Below, piece after piece: positions 29,000 to 38,877 of a stretch of 64,000 nucleotides of DNA. Where the stretch lies: contig JBGAIQ010000011.1 in assembly GCA_044225365.1 (NCBI GenBank), forward strand, positions 32,001 to 96,000. The letters are read 5' to 3'. Made by a program: the position numbers and the translations under genes. Under the pieces are notes generated by a model. The model did not search any database and had not been told where the DNA came from. It was given only the letters and a program-made list of their open reading frames with translations. Within the stretch, counting starts at the first letter, position 1. Each line of letters begins with the position of its first letter. Origin of the DNA: Planctomycetota bacterium (lineage in GTDB: Bacteria; Planctomycetota; B15-G4; JADJEK01).

Positions 29000-30613
29000 T
29001 CAGAGTTTCTCGAGCGGGACCTCGACGACGTGGCGGTCCTCGTATCCGTCCTTCGGCGGCTCGTACTTCATCTCGAAGGCGCCGTATCCTCGAGCGACGA
29101 ACCTTAGCGTGACCGGTGGATCGAGATCGTCGAGATCGAGGCGGAACTCCCCGCCGGCCTTCGGAAAACGATAGCTGGAGGCCTGCCCCACGCGATCGAG
29201 GCAGCCGACTTCGATCTCGGGATCCTCGATGAGCGCGTGCGAAGCGGCATCGACGAGGCGGAAGACCACGCCCTTCGGGGAGAGCACGACTCGCAACGGC
29301 GGACCGCCCGGGACGACGTCGCGCTTTACTTGTCCCCAATGCACGTACTCGTTCGTCTCGTGCCAGCGAAAGAGGAGCGTCACCGGCGCGGAGTCGCATC
29401 GCGAGAACGAGAACGAGCCGTCGGCCGCGATCACGACGGGCTGGTTCTTCAGGTGAACGGTCGCTCCCGCCGCGGGCCGTCCATCGTCGAAGAATGCAAA
29501 GCCGGCGACGTCGAAGCGCGTGGGAGGCGGTTTCAGATCGCCGACGTCGACCTTGGCGCCGAGGGCGATCTCGATCGGCTCGGATTCCTCGAGGCAGATA
29601 CTCGGACAGGCGATGGCGAATCGACCCGGTGCGAGCGATCGGAAGACGAAGCGACCGCGATCATCCGTCGTCGCGGTGAAGGGGCCCGCGGATTTCGAGA
29701 GCAGCGTGCGGCATTCGACGGATGCCCCATTCACCGGCACGCCGAGCGCGTCGACGATGCGGCCAAAGAGCGAAGCGGCGCGCGTATGCATCACGAGCGG
29801 CGCAGCGAGCTCGTTCTTGCCCGCGCGCAGCTCGAACTCGATCTCGGCGATGTCGAGCCACGATGGACTCGAGGCACGGATCCGCGTCGCGATGCCGCGC
29901 GCGCCGTCCTCGTGGACGTCGATGTCGGCGATCCGGAACGATCCGTCGGCACCGCTGTAGCTGCTCGTCGTCCGCCTTCCGATCGTTCGGATGGGCATCG
30001 CGCTGATCGATGCGTCGTCGACGGGTCCGCCGGATTCATCGAGCACGAGGCCGGTGAGCTCGGCTGAGGGCCAGGCCTTCAACTCGATGCGCTGCGTCGG
30101 TTCCTGCGAGGTCTCGATCGTCAGCTCGTCGGAGAACGCCGACGGTCCATCGCAATGAACTTTGAAGCGACCGATCGGGACCTCGAGGAACGTCGCGTCT
30201 CCCGATTCGTCCGTCGTCCGCGAACGTTGACCGAATTCGAGGAGTTGGGGCGAAGGGCCTGCTGCGGTCTTCCACGCTTCAGCGGAGCGCAGCTCGACGA
30301 GAGTCACTTCGGCGTTCACGCAGGCGACGAGATGGATCGGATCGATCACGTGAACGACGAGGCGGCGCTCTTGCCGGGAGCTCTTTGCATGAGGCGAATC
30401 CGGAGTCGCGACGATCTCACGCGTGAGGGGTCCGGAGTCGTCGCTCGCGACGCGCAGCGGATCCGGGAGTCGCGGCGCGATGGGCGCGGGTGGATTCGAA
30501 TCCGAGGCCCGATCCGGGGCGCGCGCGGCGTCGTCGCCGTGCGTGCTCTTTCGAAGCACGTAGACGAGGACGATCAGGACGATCGCGGCGACGACGAGCG
30601 AAGTGCGGCGCAT
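29000..30613 (-). CDS. Membrane-anchored protein with carboxypeptidase-regulatory-like repeats (paralogue 1)
   Basis: Same architecture; GLVLDESGGPV and GRIVDALGVPV motifs. Confidence 0.75.
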   Translation of the reverse strand: MRRTSLVVAAIVLIVLVYVLRKSTHGDDAARAPDRASDSNPPAPIAPRLPDPLRVASDDSGPLTREIVATPDSPHAKSSRQERRLVVHVIDPIHLVACVNAEVTLVELRSAEAWKTAAGPSPQLLEFGQRSRTTDESGDATFLEVPIGRFKVHCDGPSAFSDELTIETSQEPTQRIELKAWPSAELTGLVLDESGGPVDDASISAMPIRTIGRRTTSSYSGADGSFRIADIDVHEDGARGIATRIRASSPSWLDIAEIEFELRAGKNELAAPLVMHTRAASLFGRIVDALGVPVNGASVECRTLLSKSAGPFTATTDDRGRFVFRSLAPGRFAIACPSICLEESEPIEIALGAKVDVGDLKPPPTRFDVAGFAFFDDGRPAAGATVHLKNQPVVIAADGSFSFSRCDSAPVTLLFRWHETNEYVHWGQVKRDVVPGGPPLRVVLSPKGVVFRLVDAASHALIEDPEIEVGCLDRVGQASSYRFPKAGGEFRLDLDDLDPPVTLRFVARGYGAFEMKYEPPKDGYEDRHVVEVPLEKL

Positions 30614-30644
30614 GTTCCACTTTCACGCCGCACGCGGCGCTGCG

Positions 30645-32207
30645 TCAATTCCGCCGGGGAACCATCATGCCGCGGGCGAAGTAGATCACGAGGCCGATGG
30701 CGAGCCAGATGCCGAAGCGGAGCCAGGCATCGACGCCGAGTCCGTACATGGTGTAGAGGCAGGATGCGATCGCGAGCGGCGCGACGATCCATACGCCCGG
30801 CACTCGGAACGGACGATGCTGATCCGGCTTGGTGATGCGCAGGACGAGCACGCCGGCGCACGCGATCACGAATGCGAAGAGTGTTCCGATGCTCGTGAGG
30901 TCGAACGTTGCGTCGTCGTCGATCACCGCCGAAGCGATGGCGACCACGAGACCGGTAATGATGGTCGTGACGTGCGGCGTGCGGTAGATGGGATGGACTC
31001 GCGCGAACGTCTCGGGGAGCAAGCCGTCGCGCGACATCGCGAAGAAGATGCGCGGTTGTCCGAGCTGGAAGACGAGGAGAACGGCCGACATCGAGATGAC
31101 GGCACCGAGCGAGACGATGAGTTCGATGGCAGGGAGATGCGCACCCTTCAACGCGTTGGCGAGGGGGTCGGCGCCTTCGGCGAGACGGTTGTAGGGAGTC
31201 ATTCCGGTCGCCACGGCCGCGACGAGGATGTAGATCACGGTGCAGATCGCGAGTGAACCGAGGATGCCGATCGGCATGTCGCGCTTCGGATTCTTCGTCT
31301 CCTCGGCGGCGGTCGAGACGGCGTCGAAACCGATGTAGGCGAAGAAGACGGCGCCTGCCGCATCGCGGATGCCACCCCATCCGTGCGGCGAGAAGTCCTT
31401 CCAATTCGACGCATCGAAATGGGCGATTCCGACCGCAACGAAGAGAGCGAGGACGCCGAGCTTGATCACGACCATGATCGTGTTCGCGCGCGCGCTTTCC
31501 TTCACCCCTCGAACGAGGAGCCACGTGATGAGCATCACGATGAGCACGGCCGGGATGTTGACGAGGATCGGATGACCCATCACGTGTGGAGCGGCATCGA
31601 GGCGGTGCTGCCAAGTCGCGAGGTTCGAGGTTGCATCGCTCAGGGCGGCCTTCAGCGCTTCGAGCTTGTCCGGCGCGATGTCGGTGACCGCACTGGCCAA
31701 GTCCTGATTCGCTGCCGCGACCGCTTTGGTGAAGGTGGCGATGCGCTCGTGGACGTCGCCGACTCCGAAGGCGAGCCAATCCGGCAGCGTGACGTGGAAT
31801 GCCGAGAGCAACGATTGGAAATAGCCGGACCATGAGATTGCTACCGCGACATTGCCGATTGCGTACTCGAGGATCAGGTCCCAGCCGATGATCCAGGCGA
31901 TGAACTCGCCCATCGTCGCGAAGGCGTAGGTGTACGCCGAGCCGGAGACGGGGATCATGGCGGTGAGTTCGGCGTAGCAGAGGCCGGCGAGCGCGCACAC
32001 GACCGCAATCAGCGCGTACGAGACGACGACCGCAGGGCCCGCCTTTCCCGCCGCCGCGCCGATCGACGTGAAGATGCCGGCGCCGACGATGGCCCCGATC
32101 CCGAGGAAGACGACGTCCTTCGCGCCGAGCACGCGCGAGAGCTTGTGCTGCTCGACGTCCGCGCTGTTCTTGATTTCGTCGATCGTCTTGATGCGGAAGA
32201 GGTTCAA
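30645..32207 (-). CDS. APC-superfamily amino acid permease (cationic amino acid transporter-like)
   Basis: GIGAIVGAGIF, CYAEL..SGSAYTY, FFAYIGFDAVSTAAEE..NP.RD.P and FAMSRDGLLP motifs. Confidence 0.93.
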   Translation of the reverse strand: MNLFRIKTIDEIKNSADVEQHKLSRVLGAKDVVFLGIGAIVGAGIFTSIGAAAGKAGPAVVVSYALIAVVCALAGLCYAELTAMIPVSGSAYTYAFATMGEFIAWIIGWDLILEYAIGNVAVAISWSGYFQSLLSAFHVTLPDWLAFGVGDVHERIATFTKAVAAANQDLASAVTDIAPDKLEALKAALSDATSNLATWQHRLDAAPHVMGHPILVNIPAVLIVMLITWLLVRGVKESARANTIMVVIKLGVLALFVAVGIAHFDASNWKDFSPHGWGGIRDAAGAVFFAYIGFDAVSTAAEETKNPKRDMPIGILGSLAICTVIYILVAAVATGMTPYNRLAEGADPLANALKGAHLPAIELIVSLGAVISMSAVLLVFQLGQPRIFFAMSRDGLLPETFARVHPIYRTPHVTTIITGLVVAIASAVIDDDATFDLTSIGTLFAFVIACAGVLVLRITKPDQHRPFRVPGVWIVAPLAIASCLYTMYGLGVDAWLRFGIWLAIGLVIYFARGMMVPRRN

Positions 32208-32309
32208 GGGGCTCTCCTACCAGGGCCGGCAAGGTGCATCGCGGAGCGCGGAAGCAGCGGATGATACCGAGCGAAGCGCGGCATGGGGAGATTCGCGCTG
32301 CGCCCGAAT

Positions 32310-32567
32310 GGTGGCGACGGATCGCAGCCGCCGCCGCCGCGGTGGTCACGGATCGCAGCCGCCGCCGCCGCGGTGGTGGTCACGGATCGCAGCCGCCGCC
32401 GCGGTGGTCACGGATCGCAGCCGCCGCCGCCGCGGTGGTCACGGATCGCAGCCGCCGCCACCGCGGTGGTCACGGATCGCAGCCGCCGCCGCGGTGGTCA
32501 CGGATCGCAGCCGCCGCCGCCGCGGTGGTCACGGATCGCAGCCGCCGCCGCGCAGCCGCCGCCGCCG
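32310..32567 (+). repeat. Tandem array of 8 units (GGTGGTCA)CGGATCGCAGCC(GCC)nGC, period 28/31/34 bp
   Basis: Core CGGATCGCAGCC starts at 32318, 32349, 32383, 32411, 32442, 32473, 32501 and 32532. Confidence 0.95.
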
Positions 32568-32649
32568 AATCGAGCGAATCGCAGTTCAATCGGTAATCGA
32601 TCTGTCACCGAGGTCTGATGCGTGCGTTCAGCAAGTCGGGAGATTCCCA

Positions 32650-33684
32650 ATGAATCCAATGCGCTTCGATGAGCCGGACAGTTGGCATCACGTAATGAAC
32701 CGCGCCCTAGGCCGAAAGTCGATGTTCGACTCCGAGAACGACTTTCAGCGTTTCATCGCTTGCATCGCCGATGTCGTCCAGCGGGGTCTGATCGAAATCC
32801 ATGCTTATTGCTTCATGAGCACCCACTTTCATCTGTTGGTGCGAAGCCCGGTCGGCATGCTCGCCGCCGCCATGCGTGCGATTCAGTCTCCGTACGTGAT
32901 GGACTACAATCAAGAGCGGGACCGAGATGGGCCGCTCGTTCGGGGCAGATATCGATCTCGATTGGTGGACTCGATCGTGTACCGAAGGGTCGTCGTGCGA
33001 TACATCGATCACAACCCGGTGGCCGCCGGAATGTCTCGAGTCGTCGGCGAGTACCCGCATTGCAGTGCCGCCGACTACGTGCGTCGGACTGGGCCCACAT
33101 GGCTCTCACGGGGTTGGATCGAAGCAGAGGTTCGGGAAGACTCGCGAACCGCGGAGTACGATCCCTCCCACTATCTCGCGGCCTTCGGGGCGGCTTCAAT
33201 GAGCGAACTGGTCGAGTTCGTCGATCAAAGGCTCGCCTGCCGAGGGACTCGCCACGATCCCCTCGATCGGATGTTGGAGTTGGGACCGCCTTTCGTCGCG
33301 AAATGGCTCGCGGAGAGAGCTCAGCTCGCAGACGCAATCGAGCCCTATGCGCCCGTGGCCTCAAATTCATCCGTCGATGCCGAGATCTCGAACCTTCGAG
33401 CGCGAGAAGGTGAATGGACGATTCACTCGAAGGGAGGAACGTACGACGCCTGGACGGTCTTGCGGGTGGGTCTGTCGCATGAGCTCGCGCGCACACGCAA
33501 GCGCGAGATCGCAAGATCGCTCGGATTGGCCGAAACCAAGGTCCATCGACTCCTCGGACTTCATCGAGTGTGGGCGTGTGCGAATCCCCACTACTCCACG
33601 CGCGCCGCCGCGGTCGCATCGCGCGCGGTCGAGCGCTCGGTAGTGGGGCGGCGTTTGATCATTCCAGAGCTGACGATGGCGTAA
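32650..33684 (+). mobile_element. HUH Y1 transposase of REP-associated (RAYT) type with C-terminal HTH-like extension
   Basis: WHHVMNR, HAYCFMSTHFHLLV (HUH), GPLVRGRY.S and VVRYIDHNPVAAG (catalytic Tyr) motifs; tail REIARSLGLAETKVHRLL. Confidence 0.88.
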
Positions 33685-33690
33685 AACGCT

Positions 33691-33865
33691 GGCGGCGGTG
33701 GCTGCGATCCGTATCCGCCGGATCTCGGCGGCGGTGGCTGCGATCCGTATCCGCCGGATCTCGGCGGCGGTGGCTGCGATCCGTATCCGCCGGATCTCGG
33801 CGGCGGTGGCTGCGATCCGTATCCGCCGGATGCGGCGGCGGTGGCTGCGATCCGCAACCGCCGGA
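33691..33865 (+). repeat. Tandem array of 5 units GGCGGCGGTGGCTGCGATCCGTATCCGCCGGATCTC (36 bp), inverted relative to the left array core
   Basis: Units start at 33691, 33727, 33763, 33799 and 33834 (last degenerate). Confidence 0.95.
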
Positions 33866-33875
33866 ATGCGAAACC

Positions 33876-36503
33876 TCAGTTCTCCCAATCCTTCGCGGCC
33901 TTGCGGCGGTCGTCGAGCGACGCGTCGGGTTCGTACCCGCGGCGGGAGCCGTAGCGGGCCTCCAGCGCGTCGATCGCGGTGCTCCGCGCGTCCGCGTCGG
34001 ACGACAAGAGGAGCTGCACCAGATCGACCTTCGCCGCATTGTCGCCGAGGAGCAGCCGCGCGCGAGCGGAGTGCGCGAGCGCCACCTCGGGGCTGCCCGC
34101 CGACGCCGGGAACTTCCCCTGCGCGACGAGCGACCGGACGCGATCCCCATGACGCCGCAGGGCGGGGACGGCCTCCGGATCCCCGATCTCCCCGAGCGCG
34201 AACGCGGCCCACGACGCGACGGACACGACCGGATCGCGCAGCGCCGAGATCAGGGCCGGGACCGCGTCCGGGTCCTTCGTCTCCGCGAGCAACGAGCACA
34301 ACAGCCGACGCTTCTCCGCGAACCCGGGCGGGTACTTCAGCCCGAGCACGAGGGCGGGGACCGCGTCGGCGCCCATCCCGCGCAGCGTCTCGCACGTCTT
34401 CTCGTCGGGCGGCGCGGCTGCCTCAGGATCCGCGAGGCCCTCGACGAGCTTCCATGCCGCCGCGTTCTTCATCGGGTCGACCTTTCGCGGATGGCGCAAC
34501 TTCTCCGCCCCATGCGCCGCGCTCTCGGCCCACCACTGTCGCAATCGCATCAACGATGCGAGTCGCTCGTCCCGCGGCGCGAGCGGCTCGTATCCCATGT
34601 GTTGTCCCGCGACGGCGAAGAACGCCTCGAAGAAACTCTCCCGCACGAGATCGTCCTCGTAGTCGAGTCCATCGAGCAACGTGTCCATCCCGCTCGGATC
34701 CCCGAGGATCGCGAGGACCTTGGCGAGATCGCGCCGCGTCTCCGGGAACGAAACGCGCGCGAGCGCGGCCTGGACCTCCGAAACGGCCGCCGCGTCCTTC
34801 AGCTTCCCGAGCGCGAGCGCGGCCGAACGAACGACGTCGGCATCGAGGTCGACGAGCAACTTGCGCAACGCCCCGCTCGCGCCCTTCATTCCCGCTGCCC
34901 CGGCGAGGTCCGCTGCGCTCATGCGATCGATTGCGTTCTCAGCACCGAGCGCAGTGATCGTCACCGCCTCGGCTGCGGCATCGCCGCCCTTCCATCCCAT
35001 CTTCACGAGCAGCGCCCGCGCATGGAACCGCACGTAGAGCGCGTCGCTTCCGTCCTTGTTCTTCTCGAGCGCGAGGGCCTTCACCACCGCGGGGATCGCC
35101 TTCTCGCCCATGTTCTGCAGCGCTTGCATCGACTGATTGAACGTCTTGTTGTCCCACGAACCGAGGCCTTCGATGAGCGCCGGAATCGCCTTCTCGCCGA
35201 GCGCCGTGAGCCGCGCGACCGCCTTGCGGTTCGCCTCGGGCACCGGGAAATGAAGGAGGTCCATCAGCTTCTGGATCGACTCGGCGTCTTCACCCTGCGG
35301 GATGTCGACATCGACCTTGCCGATCGGCGGCCGCGCATAGTCGACGAGATTCGCCGGACCCGCGACCTCGGGCGATACCGAATCGGGCGTCGAGACCTTC
35401 ACCTCGGGCTCCGACTCGACCGTCTTGTCCGAGGGCGTGATGCCGTCGAACACGAGACTGCGCGACTCGAGCAGCCGCGCGAGCTCCGGATGGAAGTCCT
35501 CGATCGGGTAGTACAGCTTGTAGTGCAGCTCGGTGCGAACCGTTCCATTCGGCGTCTTCAGCGGGACGCGATGCTCCCGGGTCTCTCCGGGCTTGATCTG
35601 CGTGTTGATCGGCAGGTTCAGCCCGTAAGGTCGCTTGTAGGGGTCGCGGAAGACCATTCGGGACCGGGCGATCTCCTTGCCGTCGGCGTCGAGGACGACG
35701 ACGAGGGACTCGACCGCCCGCTGCTTCAGCTCGGTCGGGAAATGGTGACCGGCTCCTTTGTTCGTAACGTGGATTACGGCCTCGTTACCCTCGATGGTGG
35801 CTTCGTACGAGTACGCCCGCTTCAGCTGCGACTCGCTGCGCGACGCCGGAAACGCATGGGTGTGCCCCTGCCGCACCGGCCCATCCTTCGCGATGGGCCG
35901 CATCACGGACTCCATGTGGCAGTCGGTGCACACGAGCCCCGCGAGCTTGCCCGTCGGCGCGATCTCCCACTGATACGGCGTGCCGTGGTTGCGATGGCAC
36001 GACGCGCACGCCTCCACCTCGCCCACCCGCGGATCGAACGCCTTCACGCAATCCGCGCCGCCCTCGAACTTCGCGTAGTCCACCCCCTGCTTCCAATGGC
36101 AGGTCATGCAGGTGTTGCCTTCTTCGAGATCGTGAAAGCGCCGCAGCGGGTTCATTCCCATGCCCGTTTCGAAGATCGGGCGCGGCGTATGACAACGGAT
36201 GCAGTCGCCGTGGTCGAAGCGTCCCGTCGCGAGTCGAACTTCTTCGTCCGTGAACGCTCGCCCGTGCGTGTTCTGCGCGTGCTCGGCGAAGATCGCCGTG
36301 TGGCATTTGCCGCAGAACTCGCTCGTCATCACACGATCGTAGTGCGCCTGCTTCATCTCGATCGCCTCGACCGCGAGCTTGCTGCCCGAGTCGACGAGCT
36401 GTGGCTTCGCTCCTCCTTCTTGGTTGCTCGTGAGATCGCACGCGACGAACGCCGCGACGCCGATGAGACCGATGAACGAGAGGGCTGGACGAATGCGCGA
36501 CAT
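33876..36503 (-). CDS. Five-heme cytochrome c lipoprotein fused to HEAT/PBS-lyase-like repeats
   Basis: Lipobox FVA-C; CGKCH, CIRCH, CMTCH, CASCH and CTDCH; NKGAGHHFPT motif; C-terminal VRSAALALGKL and AVPALISALRD repeats; GAGG RBS. Confidence 0.85.
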   Translation of the reverse strand: MSRIRPALSFIGLIGVAAFVACDLTSNQEGGAKPQLVDSGSKLAVEAIEMKQAHYDRVMTSEFCGKCHTAIFAEHAQNTHGRAFTDEEVRLATGRFDHGDCIRCHTPRPIFETGMGMNPLRRFHDLEEGNTCMTCHWKQGVDYAKFEGGADCVKAFDPRVGEVEACASCHRNHGTPYQWEIAPTGKLAGLVCTDCHMESVMRPIAKDGPVRQGHTHAFPASRSESQLKRAYSYEATIEGNEAVIHVTNKGAGHHFPTELKQRAVESLVVVLDADGKEIARSRMVFRDPYKRPYGLNLPINTQIKPGETREHRVPLKTPNGTVRTELHYKLYYPIEDFHPELARLLESRSLVFDGITPSDKTVESEPEVKVSTPDSVSPEVAGPANLVDYARPPIGKVDVDIPQGEDAESIQKLMDLLHFPVPEANRKAVARLTALGEKAIPALIEGLGSWDNKTFNQSMQALQNMGEKAIPAVVKALALEKNKDGSDALYVRFHARALLVKMGWKGGDAAAEAVTITALGAENAIDRMSAADLAGAAGMKGASGALRKLLVDLDADVVRSAALALGKLKDAAAVSEVQAALARVSFPETRRDLAKVLAILGDPSGMDTLLDGLDYEDDLVRESFFEAFFAVAGQHMGYEPLAPRDERLASLMRLRQWWAESAAHGAEKLRHPRKVDPMKNAAAWKLVEGLADPEAAAPPDEKTCETLRGMGADAVPALVLGLKYPPGFAEKRRLLCSLLAETKDPDAVPALISALRDPVVSVASWAAFALGEIGDPEAVPALRRHGDRVRSLVAQGKFPASAGSPEVALAHSARARLLLGDNAAKVDLVQLLLSSDADARSTAIDALEARYGSRRGYEPDASLDDRRKAAKDWEN

Positions 36504-36600
36504 ACGAGTCCTCTTGCGGGAGAGGCGGGTAGATGGGGCAACGGAAGGAGTCGCGACCCTTGCAACGTCCATGCCGCGTGAGATTCGAGTTCGTTTCGCT

Positions 36601-37383
36601 ATGCTGACCGCGAGAATGCGCATGCCCACGTCCATCTCGGCGATTCGATGGAGCCTCGGCTTCTGCGCCCTTGCGCTGGCGTGCGAATTCGCGTGCTCGT
36701 CGCGCACCCCGCAAGAATCGGGGGAATGCACCGACGCTACGAAATCCGCCGATCGTCACCGCGAGCTGATCGTGGTGATCCATGGTTTCGGGCCGACCGA
36801 AGAACTCTGCGAACCCCTCGCGCAAAAGCTCGCGGCCGAAGGATACGAGACGTTGGTGTTCGAATACCCGAGCACCACGACGTCGGTCGAAACCGGGCGC
36901 GATGACCTGCTCGATCTCTTCGACGAGCTCGACTCCGATCGATCGATCCCGCGCTTCCATCTCGTGACGCACAGCATGGGCGGCATCGTCACGCGCGCAG
37001 CCCTTGCGGAATCCCGCCCTCGGAAACTCGGACGCATCGTGATGATCGCGCCGCCGAATCGCGGTTCACCGGTCGCCGACTTCTTCGCGCCGCTGTTCTC
37101 ATGGTGCCTTCCGCCTTTGGCGGAACTCGGCACCGACGCGTCGTGCCTCGTCAATCGTCTGCCCGCGATCGATTCCGTCGACGTCGGCATCCTCGCGGGC
37201 GCCAACGACTGGACGGTGCCGGCTCCCTACACGCGTCTCGACGGCGCCACCGATCTCATCGTGCTCGAGGACCGCGGCTTCGCATCGACGCACAACGGCC
37301 TCATCCTCACGAACGACGAGACGGAGCGGCAGGTGCTCACGTTCTTGCAGCGCGGCGCATTCGACCACGCGACCTTGCGCTGA
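36601..37383 (+). CDS. Alpha/beta-fold esterase/lipase, probably a lipoprotein
   Basis: VVIHGF, THSMGG nucleophile elbow, PPNRGS, D..V and THN motifs; start uncertain (36571-36622). Confidence 0.8.
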   Translation: MLTARMRMPTSISAIRWSLGFCALALACEFACSSRTPQESGECTDATKSADRHRELIVVIHGFGPTEELCEPLAQKLAAEGYETLVFEYPSTTTSVETGRDDLLDLFDELDSDRSIPRFHLVTHSMGGIVTRAALAESRPRKLGRIVMIAPPNRGSPVADFFAPLFSWCLPPLAELGTDASCLVNRLPAIDSVDVGILAGANDWTVPAPYTRLDGATDLIVLEDRGFASTHNGLILTNDETERQVLTFLQRGAFDHATLR

Positions 37384-37395
37384 TCGTCCGCTCGC

Positions 37396-38877
37396 TCACG
37401 CCAGCAGCTCGTTCACCACGTTCCCGGCGACATCCGTGAGCCGGAAATCGCGACCCTGGAAGCGGTACGTCAGCTTCTCGTGATCGATGCCGAGGCAATG
37501 CAGCACGGTCGCGTTGAAGTCGTGCACGTGAACCGGCTTCTTCACGATGTTGTAGCCGAAGTCGTCGGTCTCGCCGTGGACCACGCCGCCCTTCACGCCG
37601 CCGCCCGCCATCCACACTGTGAAGCAACGCGGATGATGATCGCGCCCGTAGTTCTCGTGCGTGAGTCGACCCTGACAGTAGATCGTGCGCCCGAATTCGG
37701 TCGCCCAGACGACGAGCGTGTCGTCGAGCATTCCGCGCTGCTTCAGATCGGTGATGAGCGCGGCGCACGGTTGATCGACATCGCGGCACTGCAGCGGCAG
37801 ATCGCCCGTGAGGTTTTCATGCTGATCCCAGTTGCGATGGAACAACTGGACGAACCGCACGTCGCGCTCGGCGAGGCGACGCGCGAGCAACGCATTGCGC
37901 GCGAACGATCCTGGACGTTCGACATCGGGTCCATAGAGATCGAGGACGCTCTTCGGCTCATTGCGAAGATCGACGAGGTCCGGTACGGAGCGCTGCATTC
38001 GGAACGCCATCTCGTACTGCGTGATCCGCGTGAGCGTCTCCGGGTCGCCGACTTGTTCATGCTCCTTCGCGTTCAGCTTCGCCAAACCGTCGAGCATTCG
38101 GCGTCGTGTCTTCGTGTCGATTCCCGCGGGATCCGTGAGATAGAGCACGGGATCGCCCTGCGATCGCAGCGCGACGCCCTGATGCACCGTCGGCAGGAAT
38201 CCCGACCCCCACAACTTCGAGAACAACGCCTGCGCATCGCGCTTCGCGCTGCCCATCGAGGTGAGAACGACGAACGCCGGAAGATCGCGATTCTCACTGC
38301 CGAGTCCATACGACATCCACGCACCGAGACTCGGTCGCCCGGGGATCTCGCTGCCCGTCGTCATGAACGTGATCGCCGGATCGTGATTGATCGCGTTCGT
38401 GTTCAGAGACTTCACGATGCACAGATCGTCGGCGACGCGCGACAGATGCGGCAGGAGCTCCGAGATCTCCGCACCCGATTCGCCGTATCGCTGGAACGAA
38501 TATCGCGTGGGAGCGATCGCGAAGCGCGATTGTCCCGACGTCATCGTCGTGATGCGTTGCCCGTTCCGAATCGACTCCGGAAGGTCCTTGTCGAACCAGT
38601 CCGCCATCTTCGGCTTGTAGTCGAAGAGATCGAGCTGCGATGGGCCGTCGGCCATGAACAGATAGATGACTCGTTTCGCTCGCGGGCGGATGTGAGTGCG
38701 GCCGTCGAGCGCGCCGAGTCGCGGGCCGTTGGCGGTCGCCCCTGCGGCGGGAGCGAGGAGAGAAGCCAGCGCCGCCGAGCCGATGCCCGTCGCCGTGCGG
38801 CCGAAGAACATCCGGCGGGTGAGGAGCTCTTGGCGCTCACGGAGCGGATCGTGCGGTGCGTCGTTCATCGCTCTCAT
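37396..38877 (-). CDS. DUF1501 protein (Tat-like signal, planctomycete type)
   Basis: [43 protein letters not shown] and FRLTDV motifs. Confidence 0.88.
   Translation of the reverse strand: MRAMNDAPHDPLRERQELLTRRMFFGRTATGIGSAALASLLAPAAGATANGPRLGALDGRTHIRPRAKRVIYLFMADGPSQLDLFDYKPKMADWFDKDLPESIRNGQRITTMTSGQSRFAIAPTRYSFQRYGESGAEISELLPHLSRVADDLCIVKSLNTNAINHDPAITFMTTGSEIPGRPSLGAWMSYGLGSENRDLPAFVVLTSMGSAKRDAQALFSKLWGSGFLPTVHQGVALRSQGDPVLYLTDPAGIDTKTRRRMLDGLAKLNAKEHEQVGDPETLTRITQYEMAFRMQRSVPDLVDLRNEPKSVLDLYGPDVERPGSFARNALLARRLAERDVRFVQLFHRNWDQHENLTGDLPLQCRDVDQPCAALITDLKQRGMLDDTLVVWATEFGRTIYCQGRLTHENYGRDHHPRCFTVWMAGGGVKGGVVHGETDDFGYNIVKKPVHVHDFNATVLHCLGIDHEKLTYRFQGRDFRLTDVAGNVVNELLA

Noticed and set aside
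32068-32649. Repetitive peptide ORFs (GSQPPPPR, SRIAAAAA, TDRSRRRR) and the N-terminal extension of the 538-aa track ORF
   Set aside because: They are translations of the DNA repeat in shifting frames; the transposase homology starts near 32650.
32310-33865. CRISPR interpretation of the arrays around the transposase
   Set aside because: Units are head-to-tail with no unique spacers, and there are no cas genes in the window.
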